Part shown: piece after piece, positions 37,082 through 46,705 of the stretch
Position numbering within the stretch: the first letter of the stretch is position 1
How the letters are laid out: each line of letters begins with the position of its first letter
NCBI GenBank assembly: GCA_913053235.1
Contig: CAJXFT010000001.1
Coordinates: 2,785-66,784, forward strand
Length of the DNA: 64,000 nucleotides
Reading direction: 5' to 3'
Source of the DNA: an uncultured Alphaproteobacteria bacterium
GTDB taxonomy: Bacteria > Pseudomonadota > Alphaproteobacteria > UBA828
The notes under the pieces: generated by a model
Databases searched by the model: none
What the model saw: only the letters and a program-made list of their open reading frames with translations
Told to the model about the DNA's origin: nothing
Program-made: the position numbers and the translations under genes

Positions 37082-38208
37082 CGGCGTCCGCCGACCTTCG
37101 CGTCCTGGCCGCCATCGGCCCGGCCGCTCAGGCCGAGGCGCTGGCCGCGATAGCTGCCGTCGCGCACCCGTTTGCACCAGCCTTCATTGTCGAGATACCA
37201 GCGCACGGTTTTTTCCAACCCGCTGGCGAAACTCTCGGCCGGGCGCCAATCGAGCTCGGCGGCGATGCTGTCGATCTCTATGGCGTAGCGCCGGTCATGG
37301 CCGGGCCGGTCTTCGACGAAGGCGATGAGATCGCGGTGGCGACTCGCGCCGGCGCCCGGCGCCAGGCGATCGAGGATATCGCAAATCGCTTCGACGACGT
37401 CGATATTCGCCCGCTCGGCGGCGCCGCCGATGCAATAGGTGCGCCCCGGCACGCCGGCGCTCAAGACCCGGCGCAGCGCACGCGCATGATCTTCGACATG
37501 GAGCCAGTCGCGCACCTGGCGGCCGTCGCCATAGATCGGTAGCGGCTTGCCCTCGAGGGCGTTCAGGATAGATAGCGGAATCAGCTTTTCGGGGAACTGG
37601 CAGGGCCCGTAATTGTTGCTGCAATTGGTGGTCAGCACCGGCAGGTCGAAGCTCTGCTGCCAGGCACGGGCGAGATGGTCGGCCGCCGCCTTGCTGGCGG
37701 CATAGGGCGAGTTGGGGCGGTAGGGATGGCCGGCGGCGAAGGGCGGCGCATCCGGCTCAAGCGCGCCGTAAACCTCGTCGGTCGAGACCTGGAGAAAGCG
37801 GAAGCCGCCTTCGCCGAGCGCGCGGCCAGGATCGGAGACATGCCGCGCGCAATATCCGCGCGCGGCCTCAAGAAGAGTGTAGCTACCGAGGATATTGGTT
37901 TCGATGAACGGCGCCGGGCCGTCGATCGAGCGGTCGACATGGGATTCGGCGGCGAGATGCATAATCGCGTCGGGCCGATAATTCTCGAACAGGCGCGCCA
38001 TCGCTTCCGCGTCGCACACATCCGCCTGCTCGAAACGGTAATTGGCGGCAGCCGCCGCATCGCCGAGCGATTCGAGATTTCCGGCATAGGTCAGCTTGTC
38101 GATATTGACCACCAGATGTTCGCTCTCGGCGACCAATTGGCGGACCACGGCCGAGCCGATAAAACCGGCGCCGCCGGTGACCAGTATCGTCCATTGCGCG
38201 GCGTTCAT
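37078..38208 (-). CDS. rmlB: dTDP-glucose 4,6-dehydratase
   Basis: [16 protein letters not shown]...[10 protein letters not shown]...STDEVYG...[11 protein letters not shown] are the RmlB hallmarks. Confidence 0.9.
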   Translation of the reverse strand: MNAAQWTILVTGGAGFIGSAVVRQLVAESEHLVVNIDKLTYAGNLESLGDAAAAANYRFEQADVCDAEAMARLFENYRPDAIMHLAAESHVDRSIDGPAPFIETNILGSYTLLEAARGYCARHVSDPGRALGEGGFRFLQVSTDEVYGALEPDAPPFAAGHPYRPNSPYAASKAAADHLARAWQQSFDLPVLTTNCSNNYGPCQFPEKLIPLSILNALEGKPLPIYGDGRQVRDWLHVEDHARALRRVLSAGVPGRTYCIGGAAERANIDVVEAICDILDRLAPGAGASRHRDLIAFVEDRPGHDRRYAIEIDSIAAELDWRPAESFASGLEKTVRWYLDNEGWCKRVRDGSYRGQRLGLSGRADGGQDAKVGGRR

Positions 38209-38825
38209 TGCCCACTCTCCGGCGATCGCTCGACGTGAAGCAGATGCGGCGTCAACACGCGCGCCGGCGGCAGGCTTCGGATGAGATCGTCATAGACCGC
38301 CTGCGGCGCGTCGAGGGCGGTGAGGATGACGGCGTCGGGGCGGTCGAGCGCGCCGATCGAGGCGACGACCGGCAAGCCCAACAGTGTCTCGCCATGGCGC
38401 CCGCCATCGATCACGCCGAGCAGGACGACATCATGTTCGCGCGCCGAGAGAATGGCGATCTCGGCCAGCTCGCCGGCGCCGGCGAGGGCCAGATGGCGCC
38501 AGCCGGCGGCGCTGCATTGCTCGTATATCGAAGTATATTGCACCCGCGAGCGGCGGAAGAAGGTCAGCGAATCGGAAAGAAATTCGGCGGTCAGGCGGGT
38601 TTTTTCGGTAAACCCCTGCGGCGTCAGATAGTAGGCGTAGCGATTGGGCGGAATCTCGCTGATTTTGATCAGCCCCTTGCGCACGCAGCGCTTGACATAA
38701 CTGTTGGTCATGCCGAGCGCGATGCCCAGTTCCTTGGCCAAAGTGCGCTGATTGACATGCTCCGATTCGCCGACGCGGACCAGAATGTCGCGGATGATGG
38801 CGTCGTCGCGCGCTTTGCGGGTCAT
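38205..38825 (-). CDS. Winged helix-turn-helix transcriptional regulator (MarR-like N-terminal domain + uncharacterised C-terminal domain)
   Basis: [31 protein letters not shown] is an HTH. Divergent to the phosphonate operon. Confidence 0.65.
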   Translation of the reverse strand: MTRKARDDAIIRDILVRVGESEHVNQRTLAKELGIALGMTNSYVKRCVRKGLIKISEIPPNRYAYYLTPQGFTEKTRLTAEFLSDSLTFFRRSRVQYTSIYEQCSAAGWRHLALAGAGELAEIAILSAREHDVVLLGVIDGGRHGETLLGLPVVASIGALDRPDAVILTALDAPQAVYDDLIRSLPPARVLTPHLLHVERSPESGQ

Positions 38826-39200
38826 CCGGCGATCCCGCCAAACAAAATGCGCGGCGGCCCCGGGCGATTCCGCATATTGGCAATTAACATGTTGATATAA
38901 TGTAGAATTTTGAGACGCTACCGCCGTTCCGGGTGCAAGGCTGCGGCCCGGTCGGCGGTGAATCGCGAATCCGCGAATCGGGCCTTACGATGCCCCGGCG
39001 GAACCTGATATGTTATATGTTCAAACTTTGAACAGTGTTGCTCCGCCTATCGTTCACGAATTGAACGCCGAATCAAGGGCTTTGTTCATTTTTTGAACGC
39101 GGGGGCATGTTCGGCGCCCGGCGATTCCACGGGCATTTTCTCGCCACTTTCGGCATGCTACGATTCGCAAAATCGGGCCAAAACGGAAAACGGGCGGGTC
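38826..39200. promoter_or_regulatory. Divergent regulatory region with an extended -10 promoter and three GTTCA-N-TGAAC inverted repeats
   Basis: TGATATAAT at ~38893-38901. Palindromes: tgttcaaactttgaaca at 39018-39034, cgttcacgaattgaacg at 39051-39067 and gttcattttttgaac at 39084-39098, with centres ~32-33 bp apart. Confidence 0.5.
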
Positions 39201-40871
39201 ATGGCGACAAAATTGGACGGCGCGCCGGCGAGCCGGGCGCCGCGCTCCAAGGCGGAAATGCTGAAAGCTGCGCTCCTCAAGGCCGAGCTGGCCTTTGTCA
39301 TGGAGGCGCATAACGGTCTTTCGGCGAAAGTCGTCGAGGAGGCCGGGTTCGAGGGCATTTGGGCCTCCGGGCTGGCGATGTCGGCGGCCTTGGGCGTGCG
39401 CGACAACAACGAAGCCTCGTGGACCCAGGTGCTCGAACAGCTCGAATTCATGGCCGACGCCACCAGCATTCCGATTCTGGTCGACGGCGATACCGGCTAC
39501 GGCAATTTCAACAATGTGCGCCGGCTGGTGAAGAAGCTGTGCCAGCGCGGCGTCGCCGGGGTGTGCATCGAGGACAAGCTGTTTCCGAAGACCAATTCCT
39601 TCATCGGCGAGGGCCAGCCGCTCGCCGATATGGAGGAGTTTTCGGGCCGCATCAAGGCCGGCAAGGACAGCCAGGAGGACGAGGATTTCCAGCTCATCGC
39701 CCGCGTCGAAGCGCTGATATCGGGCCTCGGCATGGCTGAGGCTTTGCGCCGCGCCGAGGCCTATCACAGCGCCGGCGCCGACGGAATTTTGATACATTCG
39801 AAGAAGGCCGACGCCGAAGAGATCCTCACCTTCAGCCGCGAATGGGCCGGGCGCGCGCCCCTCGTGATCGTGCCGACGATGTATTACGCCACCCCGACCG
39901 ACGCTTTCCGCGATGCCGGCGTGTCGCTGGTGATCTGGGCCAACCATAACTTACGCGCCGCCTTGAGCGCGATGCGCGAGACCAGCCGGCGCATCATGGA
40001 GGAGCAGTCGCTGACCTCGGTCGAAGGCGAGGTCGCCGGCGTCAAGGAGATCTTCGACATCGTCGGGCAGGGCGAGCTGGCGGCGGCCGAGGCGCGCTAC
40101 CTCAAACCCAAGGGCGGCGATTACAAGGCCATCATACTCGCCGCGTCGCGCGGCTCGGCGCTCGGGCCGCTCACCGAACGGCTGCCCAAATGCATGCTCG
40201 ACATCCGCGGCCAGCCGCTGCTCAAGCGCCTGATGACGACGCTGGCTGAGGGCGGTTTGCGCGACATCAGCGTGGTGCGCGGCTACGCCAAGGAAATGAT
40301 CGATCTCGCCAATCTGCGCGTCATCGACAATGACGCCTTCGCCGACAATAGCGAAGCGGCGTCGCTCGCCTGCGCCGCCGCCGAGCTCGATGGCGCCTGC
40401 GTTGTCTCATACGGCGATATCCTGTTCCGGCCCTATATTCTGGAAAATTTGCTCGCCTCGTCCGGCGATATCAGCGCCGTGATCGACGCCCGCTGGCGCG
40501 GCACCGGCCACCGCGCGGCCGAGCGCAAGGTCGATCTCGCACGCTGCAGCCGCGCCTTCACCGGCGATTATCTCGACGAGGAACCGGTATGGCTGGAGGC
40601 CATCGAATCGGCTGCCGGAGAAGGCGGCGAGAGCGACGCGCCGGACGGCGAATTCATCGGCCTGATCAAATTGAGCGCCGCCGGCGCGCACGCGGTGCGC
40701 CGCGAATTGCAGGCGATGGAGGCCGAGGGGGTGCTCGATGAGGCCGATCTGCCGGCGCTCTTAAACCGGCTGATCGCGCGCGGCGAGAAGATCGAAGCGC
40801 TCTATGTGACCGGGCATTGGCTCGATGTCGATGATGCTTTCGATCTCGCCAAGGCGCGCAATCTCGTGTGA
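39201..40871 (+). CDS. pepM: Phosphoenolpyruvate mutase fused to a C-terminal nucleotidyltransferase (phosphonate cytidylyltransferase-like)
   Basis: [47 protein letters not shown] is the PEP-mutase signature. The C-terminal ~230 aa ([32 protein letters not shown]) form a nucleotidyltransferase fold. Start ATG at 39201. Confidence 0.85.
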   Translation: MATKLDGAPASRAPRSKAEMLKAALLKAELAFVMEAHNGLSAKVVEEAGFEGIWASGLAMSAALGVRDNNEASWTQVLEQLEFMADATSIPILVDGDTGYGNFNNVRRLVKKLCQRGVAGVCIEDKLFPKTNSFIGEGQPLADMEEFSGRIKAGKDSQEDEDFQLIARVEALISGLGMAEALRRAEAYHSAGADGILIHSKKADAEEILTFSREWAGRAPLVIVPTMYYATPTDAFRDAGVSLVIWANHNLRAALSAMRETSRRIMEEQSLTSVEGEVAGVKEIFDIVGQGELAAAEARYLKPKGGDYKAIILAASRGSALGPLTERLPKCMLDIRGQPLLKRLMTTLAEGGLRDISVVRGYAKEMIDLANLRVIDNDAFADNSEAASLACAAAELDGACVVSYGDILFRPYILENLLASSGDISAVIDARWRGTGHRAAERKVDLARCSRAFTGDYLDEEPVWLEAIESAAGEGGESDAPDGEFIGLIKLSAAGAHAVRRELQAMEAEGVLDEADLPALLNRLIARGEKIEALYVTGHWLDVDDAFDLAKARNLV

Positions 40872-40878
40872 TACCAAG

Positions 40879-42015
40879 ATGATCGCGGCGGATGATTTTC
40901 TCGCGCCGGCGCGGGCGCTCGGATTTGATTTCTATTCCGGCGTCCCGTGCTCCTTTCTGGCGCCGCTGATCAACCGCGTGATTTCCGACCCCGGGCTTGA
41001 CTATGTCGGCGCCACCAGCGAGGGCGAAGCGCTGGCGATCGCCGCCGGCGCCTGGCTGGCCGGGCGCAAGTCGGTGGTGATGTGCCAGAACTCGGGCCTC
41101 GGCAACACCGTCAACCCGCTGACTTCGCTCAATTACCCGTTCCGCATCCCGACCCTGTTGATCGTCACCTGGCGCGGCCAGCCCGGCCTCGAGGACGAGC
41201 CGCAACATGAATTGATGGGCCAGATCACGGCTGAGCTGCTCGATGTCATGCAGGTGCCGCACGCGCCTTTCCCGAGCGACGAATCGGGCGTCGCGGAGGT
41301 GCTGGAGAAGGCCTACAAAAGCATGGCGATAAGCGGCCTTCCCTTCGCCCTCATCATGGCCAAGGGCGCGGTGGCGGCCGAGACGCTCGACCCACCGCCG
41401 CCGCCGCCGTCGCCGGCCGGCGATTTGCACGACCGCTCAAGCGGCGGAGAGCGCCCGGCCCGCGCCGAGGCGCTGCAAACCCTGCTCGCCGTGACGCCCG
41501 GCGATGCCGCCATCATCGCCACCACCGGAAAGACCGGGCGCGAATTGTTCACCCTGGCGGACCGCCGCCAGCAGCTCTATCAGGTCGGCTCGATGGGCTG
41601 CGCCGGGGCCATGGGATTGGGCGTCGCGCTCAATGTGAAACGCCCGGTCATCGTCATCGACGGCGATGGCGCGGCGCTGATGAAGCTCGGCGCGCTGGCC
41701 ACCATCGGCGCCCATGCGCCGGACAATCTCCTGCATCTGATTCTCGACAATGGCGTGCATGATTCGACCGGCGGCCAGGCCACGGTGTCGCCCGGCGTCT
41801 CGTTCGCCGGCGCGGCGCGGGCGTGCGGCTACCGGTCCAGTCATGTTTGCGATTCGCTGGACGGTTTCGCAGTCGCACTGGAAGAAGGGTTGGCCGGTGC
41901 CAAGCCGTGCCTGATCCATCTGCGCACCGCGCCGGGCTCGCTCAGCCCGTTGGGACGGCCGACGCTGGCGCCTTCCCAGGTGGCGCGGCGTTTTCGCGAC
42001 TTCCTCGCCTCGTAA
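40879..42015 (+). CDS. ppd: Phosphonopyruvate decarboxylase (TPP-dependent)
   Basis: Two-domain TPP enzyme with the Mg/TPP motif GDGAALMKLGALATIG...N. Immediately follows PEP mutase, as in phosphonate pathways. Confidence 0.8.
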   Translation: MIAADDFLAPARALGFDFYSGVPCSFLAPLINRVISDPGLDYVGATSEGEALAIAAGAWLAGRKSVVMCQNSGLGNTVNPLTSLNYPFRIPTLLIVTWRGQPGLEDEPQHELMGQITAELLDVMQVPHAPFPSDESGVAEVLEKAYKSMAISGLPFALIMAKGAVAAETLDPPPPPPSPAGDLHDRSSGGERPARAEALQTLLAVTPGDAAIIATTGKTGRELFTLADRRQQLYQVGSMGCAGAMGLGVALNVKRPVIVIDGDGAALMKLGALATIGAHAPDNLLHLILDNGVHDSTGGQATVSPGVSFAGAARACGYRSSHVCDSLDGFAVALEEGLAGAKPCLIHLRTAPGSLSPLGRPTLAPSQVARRFRDFLAS

Positions 42016-42026
42016 TGTCCGTGCCG

Positions 42027-42524
42027 TCAGATCGGCTCGACATCGCCGCCGGCGACGGAAACGCGCACCTCGCGGCCCATCAGTTTCAGCAGGATCAAAA
42101 CCCGGTCGGAATCGAGCTCGGCCTCGAAGATGCCCTCCAGATCGGCCATCGGCCCGCCCTGGACGCGCACGCTATCGCCGGGTTTGATGGCGCGCCGCGC
42201 GATCTCGAAAACGCCGTCGGCGCCGGCCCGGGCTCTCAGCGCCTCGATGATATCGCCGCCGATGGCGAGCGGGCCGTCGGCCCCCGAAACCATGGTGTGG
42301 ACGCCATAGGTCGAGAGTATGGGCCGCCAGGTCTGGCTCGAGAGGTCGAGCCGGACGAACAGATAGCGCGGGAAAAGCGGCCGCGGAACGCTTTCGACCC
42401 GGCGTGCATGGCGCCGCGTCTTGTGGTACATCGGCAGCCAGACCTCATAGTTCTGACGCACCAAATTGGTCTCGGCCCGTTGCTCCGAGTTGACCCGGCA
42501 ATGGACCACATACCATTGTCTCAT
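42027..42524 (-). CDS. NusG/RfaH-family transcription antiterminator paralog (NGN + KOW)
   Basis: MRQWYVVHCRVNSEQRAETNL NGN domain and a C-terminal KOW-like region. A stand-alone gene inside a polysaccharide island is typical of RfaH/LoaP-like specialised paralogs. Confidence 0.7.
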   Translation of the reverse strand: MRQWYVVHCRVNSEQRAETNLVRQNYEVWLPMYHKTRRHARRVESVPRPLFPRYLFVRLDLSSQTWRPILSTYGVHTMVSGADGPLAIGGDIIEALRARAGADGVFEIARRAIKPGDSVRVQGGPMADLEGIFEAELDSDRVLILLKLMGREVRVSVAGGDVEPI

Positions 42525-42603
42525 TTAACCTCTGAAGCGGTTTCCATTTCCAACGCGCCCTGATCCGAGTAGACTCCGCGCGTCGCGCAATCAAGTAAAA
42601 TTC

Positions 42604-43620
42604 ATGTCTTCGGTACAGTTTTCGGCAAGCTCTAAATATTCCGTGAAGCGGTTCGTCATGATCGCGGCCAAACTTGCCGTCACCGGCGGCTTGGTCTGGT
42701 ACCTGTTGCGCGAGGTCGATTTGGATGAAAGCGGCGAGCATCTGGCCGGCTTCGACGCCGGATTGGGCATCGTCGCACTTCTGGTGGTGGCGTTGCTGTT
42801 CCTCATCGCCGCCCTGCGCTGGCGCATTTACGCGCGGGCGCTGAACATTTCGCTCAATGTCGGCACCGCCTTTCGCCTCTATCTCATCGGCCAGTTCTTC
42901 GGTCAGATTTTGCCCGCCGGCGTCGGCGGCGATGCGGTGCGGGTGTGGCTGTTGGCGCGCCGCGGCGTCGCCGTCGGGCCGGGCGCGTCGAGTGTCGTGC
43001 TCGAACGCCTGACCGGCCTGATCGGCATTGTGATTCTGATAGCCGTCCTGTTGCCGCTGACCTTTAGCTATGTCGGTGATTCGGGGATGCGCCTCTACCT
43101 CGTCCTGATTCTCGCCATCGCCGCCGCCGGGATATCCGCCATCATCGGGCTTTCCTTCGTGCCGCGCCTGATCACCAGGTGGCGCGCGGTGGCGGTGATC
43201 TCCAAACTGGCCGACGTGGCGAGCGAGGCGCGCCACACCGGTTTGATGCTGAAACCGGCGCTCAGCGTTTTGCTGCTGTCCGTCTTCATGCATCTGCTGG
43301 CGGTGCTCACCGTCTATATTCTGGCGCTCGGGCTCGGCATGGAGATTACGCCGCTCGCCTGCCTGGCGCTGGTGCCCGTCGTCCTGCTGCTTTCCACCCT
43401 GCCCATTTCGGTGGCCGGCTGGGGGGTGCGTGAAACCGTGATGGTGTCGGCGCTGGGTTTCGCCGGCGCCGAATCGAGCGAAGCGTTCGCGCTCTCGATC
43501 CTGTTCGGCCTGGCGCTTTTGGCTCTCAGTCTGGTCGGCGCGGTCATGTGGCTGGTTCAGGGGCGCGCCAATGCGCGCCGGCCGATCGGCGACAAAAAAG
43601 GCAGCGAGGCCGCGCTCTGA
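42604..43620 (+). CDS. Integral membrane protein, lysylphosphatidylglycerol-synthase-TM-region / flippase-like (UPF0104)
   Basis: ~8 TM helices and the GDAVRVWLLARRG motif typical of the LPG_synthase_TM family. Start may be M19 (42658). Confidence 0.65.
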   Translation: MSSVQFSASSKYSVKRFVMIAAKLAVTGGLVWYLLREVDLDESGEHLAGFDAGLGIVALLVVALLFLIAALRWRIYARALNISLNVGTAFRLYLIGQFFGQILPAGVGGDAVRVWLLARRGVAVGPGASSVVLERLTGLIGIVILIAVLLPLTFSYVGDSGMRLYLVLILAIAAAGISAIIGLSFVPRLITRWRAVAVISKLADVASEARHTGLMLKPALSVLLLSVFMHLLAVLTVYILALGLGMEITPLACLALVPVVLLLSTLPISVAGWGVRETVMVSALGFAGAESSEAFALSILFGLALLALSLVGAVMWLVQGRANARRPIGDKKGSEAAL

Positions 43621-45116
43621 TGGATTCGGAAGCCAATCCGCTTCGCCTTGTCGCCGAATCGCAGGACGAGAACCGGCGACAACGGCGCGCCGACCTGATT
43701 CGCGAATATTATGACCGCGTCGCGCCGGAGCGTGACAAGTGGATCTCGCGCAACGCCTATTTCCACGATGAGGACAGCCGCTTCGCGCGTTTTCTCGTGC
43801 CGCCCGGCCTCAAAGTTTTGGATCTCGGCTGCGGCACCGGGCAGATGCTGGCGAATCTCAAACCATGTCAAGGCGTCGGCATCGACATCAGCGCCAAAAT
43901 GGTCGACGCGGCACGGCGCAATTACGCGGCGGACCGCCATCCCAACCTCAGCTTCGAGGTCGGTGATATCGAGGAACCCGAGACTCTCGATGCGCTCGAC
44001 GGCCCCTTCGATGTGATCATCCTTTCCGATACCGTCGGCCTCTTGGACGATGTCGAGGCCACCCTGGCCAGCCTGCACAACCTGTCCTCGAACGAGACGC
44101 GCATCGTGGTCGCCTATTATTCCTGGCTGTGGACACCGACGATTGCGCTGGCCGAGCTGTTCGGCGCCAAGATGCCGCAAATCCCACTCAACCGGCTCGG
44201 GCCGGAGGATGTTTCGGCGCTGCTGGAGTTGGCGGATTTCGACGTCATCAAACGGGATTGGCGTCAACTTCTGCCCAAACGCCTGTTCGGCGCCGGCCCG
44301 CTCATCAATCGATCGCTGGCGGTGCTGCCCCTTATCCGCCGCTTCTGCGTTCGCCATTACGTCGTCGCGCGCTCGCGTCGTCATGCCGGGCTCGACAATC
44401 CCTCCACTACGGTCGTCATTCCGTGCCGCAACGAGCGCGGCAACATCGCTCCCGCCGTCGATCGGCTCCCCGAATTTTGCGATGAAATGGAAATTCTCTT
44501 CGTCGAGGGTCACAGCAGCGACGGCACGCGGGAGGAAATCGAGCGCGTCATCGCGCGCCACCCGGAGCGCGATATCAAGCTGCTGCTGCAGGACGGCGAA
44601 GGCAAGGGCAACGCGGTGCGTGCGGCCTTCGACGCCGCGCGCGGCGATATCCTCATGATACTCGACGCCGATTTGACCGTGCCGCCCGAGGCACTGCCCA
44701 AATTCTACAATGCGCTGGTCGGCGGCAAGGGAGAGTTCATCAACGGCACGCGGCTGGTCTATCCGATGGAAAAGCGCGCCATGCGGCCGCTCAATCTGAT
44801 CGCCAATTTCTTCTTCTCGATGGTCTTTTCCTGGCTCCTCAACCAGCGCTTCACCGATACGCTGTGCGGCACCAAGGTGTTGACCAAGGCGCATTATCTC
44901 GACATCGCGAAAAACCGTGCCTATTTCGGAAACTTCGATCCGTTCGGCGATTTCGACCTCATCTTCGGCGCCTCCAAGCTCAACCTGAAAGTGATCGAAA
45001 TCCCCATCCGCTACGCCGAGAGAACCTATGGCAGCACGCAAATTTCGCGCTTCCGCCACGGTGTCCTGTTGCTGCGCATGGTGGTTTTCGCATTTCGCAA
45101 GCTGAAGGCCTTCTGA
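43620..45116 (+). CDS. Bifunctional SAM-dependent methyltransferase / family-2 glycosyltransferase (Dpm1-like)
   Basis: N-terminal VLDLGCGTGQMLANL (methyltransferase motif I). C-terminal VVIPCRNERGNI...ILMILDADLT (GT2, DxD) plus a TM tail. ATG at 43620 in a TGATG overlap with the flippase-like gene. Confidence 0.75.
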   Translation: MDSEANPLRLVAESQDENRRQRRADLIREYYDRVAPERDKWISRNAYFHDEDSRFARFLVPPGLKVLDLGCGTGQMLANLKPCQGVGIDISAKMVDAARRNYAADRHPNLSFEVGDIEEPETLDALDGPFDVIILSDTVGLLDDVEATLASLHNLSSNETRIVVAYYSWLWTPTIALAELFGAKMPQIPLNRLGPEDVSALLELADFDVIKRDWRQLLPKRLFGAGPLINRSLAVLPLIRRFCVRHYVVARSRRHAGLDNPSTTVVIPCRNERGNIAPAVDRLPEFCDEMEILFVEGHSSDGTREEIERVIARHPERDIKLLLQDGEGKGNAVRAAFDAARGDILMILDADLTVPPEALPKFYNALVGGKGEFINGTRLVYPMEKRAMRPLNLIANFFFSMVFSWLLNQRFTDTLCGTKVLTKAHYLDIAKNRAYFGNFDPFGDFDLIFGASKLNLKVIEIPIRYAERTYGSTQISRFRHGVLLLRMVVFAFRKLKAF

Positions 45117-45856
45117 TGCCCGGCGCCGCGCCGGCGGCGGCGCATTTGGACTCATATCGCGCGACATGGCGAAACAAGGCGGCATTGCGCGCCGTCTATG
45201 GCGATTATTACCGGCGCATGGTCAAACAGTTGAATCCCGGACCGACGCTGGAACTCGGCGCCGGCAGCGGGCAGTTGCGTGAGCATCTTAAGGGTGCCGT
45301 GCTGACCGATATTCAGACGGCGCCCTGGCTCGACGCCGCCGCCGACGCCCAGGCGCTGCCGTTCCGCACCGCCTGCTTTGAGAATATCGTTATGCTGGAC
45401 GTTCTTCATCACGTCGAAAACCCGCCGCAATTTTTTGCCGAGGCGGCGCGCGTGCTCAGGCCGGGCGGGCGAATGGTTATGCTGGAGCCGGCGATTACGC
45501 CGCTCAGCGCCCTGTTCTACCGCTATCTCCATCCCGAGCCGGTCGATATGGGGCAGGATCCGTTCGCCAGCCCGGCCGCCAGCCCCGAGCGCGGTCCGTA
45601 CGACGCCAACCAGGCGATTCCGACACTTTTATTCCGCCGCCAGCGGGCGCGCTTCGAACATCACTTTCCCGACTTCCGGCTGCTTCTGGTGCGCAATCTG
45701 AGCCTGTTCGTCTATCCGCTTTCGGGCGGCTACCGCCGTTGGAGCCTGGTGCCCGCCTTCCTCGTCCGCCCCTTGCTCTGCGCCGAGGACGGCCTGCTGG
45801 TCCTGTTGGGGCCGGTCATGGCCTTCCGCCTTTTCGTCCTGCTGGAGCGGCGCTAG
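45116..45856 (+). CDS. Class I SAM-dependent methyltransferase
   Basis: TLELGAGSGQL motif I. ATG at 45116 in a TGATG overlap. Confidence 0.7.
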   Translation: MPGAAPAAAHLDSYRATWRNKAALRAVYGDYYRRMVKQLNPGPTLELGAGSGQLREHLKGAVLTDIQTAPWLDAAADAQALPFRTACFENIVMLDVLHHVENPPQFFAEAARVLRPGGRMVMLEPAITPLSALFYRYLHPEPVDMGQDPFASPAASPERGPYDANQAIPTLLFRRQRARFEHHFPDFRLLLVRNLSLFVYPLSGGYRRWSLVPAFLVRPLLCAEDGLLVLLGPVMAFRLFVLLERR

Positions 45857-45859
45857 GGT

Positions 45860-46705
45860 ATGATGTCGACCAGGCAAAAGATTCGGCTCGCCGGTGCCGC
45901 CGCGCGCCTGGTCAACGGCGTGCGGCGCGGCGTCGGTGCCGGCGATGATGCCGAAGTGCGGCGCGGCGGCCTCAATTGGCGGCTCGAGCTCGGCGAAGGC
46001 ATCGATTTTGCCATATATCTCCTCGGCGCGTTCGAACGCGCGACGCAGCGCCAATATGGACGACTCCTCAAGCCGGGCGACGTGGCGCTTGATATCGGCG
46101 CCAATATCGGTGCCCACACCCTGCCCATCGCGCGCCTCGTCGGCGCCGCCGGGTCGGTGCATGCCTTCGAGCCGACGGCGTTCGCTTTCGCCAAGCTGAA
46201 GGCGAATATCGCTCTCAATGCCGATCTCGCGAAACGCGTGCACGCGCATCAAATGCTGTTGAGCGACAGCGCCGGGGATGCACCGCCGGCCGCGTTGGCG
46301 GCGAGCTGGCCGCTCGGCGAGCGTGCGGGAGGGCATCCGCTGCATGGCGGCCATGAAAAGACGACCGCCGGCGCCGCGGCGGAGACGCTCGATTCATATG
46401 TCGCGCGACAGCGAATCGAGCGCATCGACTTCATCAAACTGGATGTCGACGGAAACGAATGCCACGTCCTGCGCGGCGGACAGGATACGCTGCGGCGCTT
46501 GCAACCGCCCATTATCCTGGAATTGGCCCCCTATATATTTTCCGGCGGCGAGAACAGCTTCGAAGCCTTCATCGGGCTGCTGCGCGACGCCGGCTACAGA
46601 TTGTTGCGGTCGCCGGGCGGTGCCGCGCTTGCGCTCGACGCGGCGGCGCTTGGCGACAGCATTCCGAACGGCGCCAGCATCAACGCCTGGGCGATGCGGG
46701 CATGA
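45860..46705 (+). CDS. FkbM-family methyltransferase
   Basis: VALDIGANIGAHTLPIARL...VHAFEP is typical of FkbM. Confidence 0.7.
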   Translation: MMSTRQKIRLAGAAARLVNGVRRGVGAGDDAEVRRGGLNWRLELGEGIDFAIYLLGAFERATQRQYGRLLKPGDVALDIGANIGAHTLPIARLVGAAGSVHAFEPTAFAFAKLKANIALNADLAKRVHAHQMLLSDSAGDAPPAALAASWPLGERAGGHPLHGGHEKTTAGAAAETLDSYVARQRIERIDFIKLDVDGNECHVLRGGQDTLRRLQPPIILELAPYIFSGGENSFEAFIGLLRDAGYRLLRSPGGAALALDAAALGDSIPNGASINAWAMRA

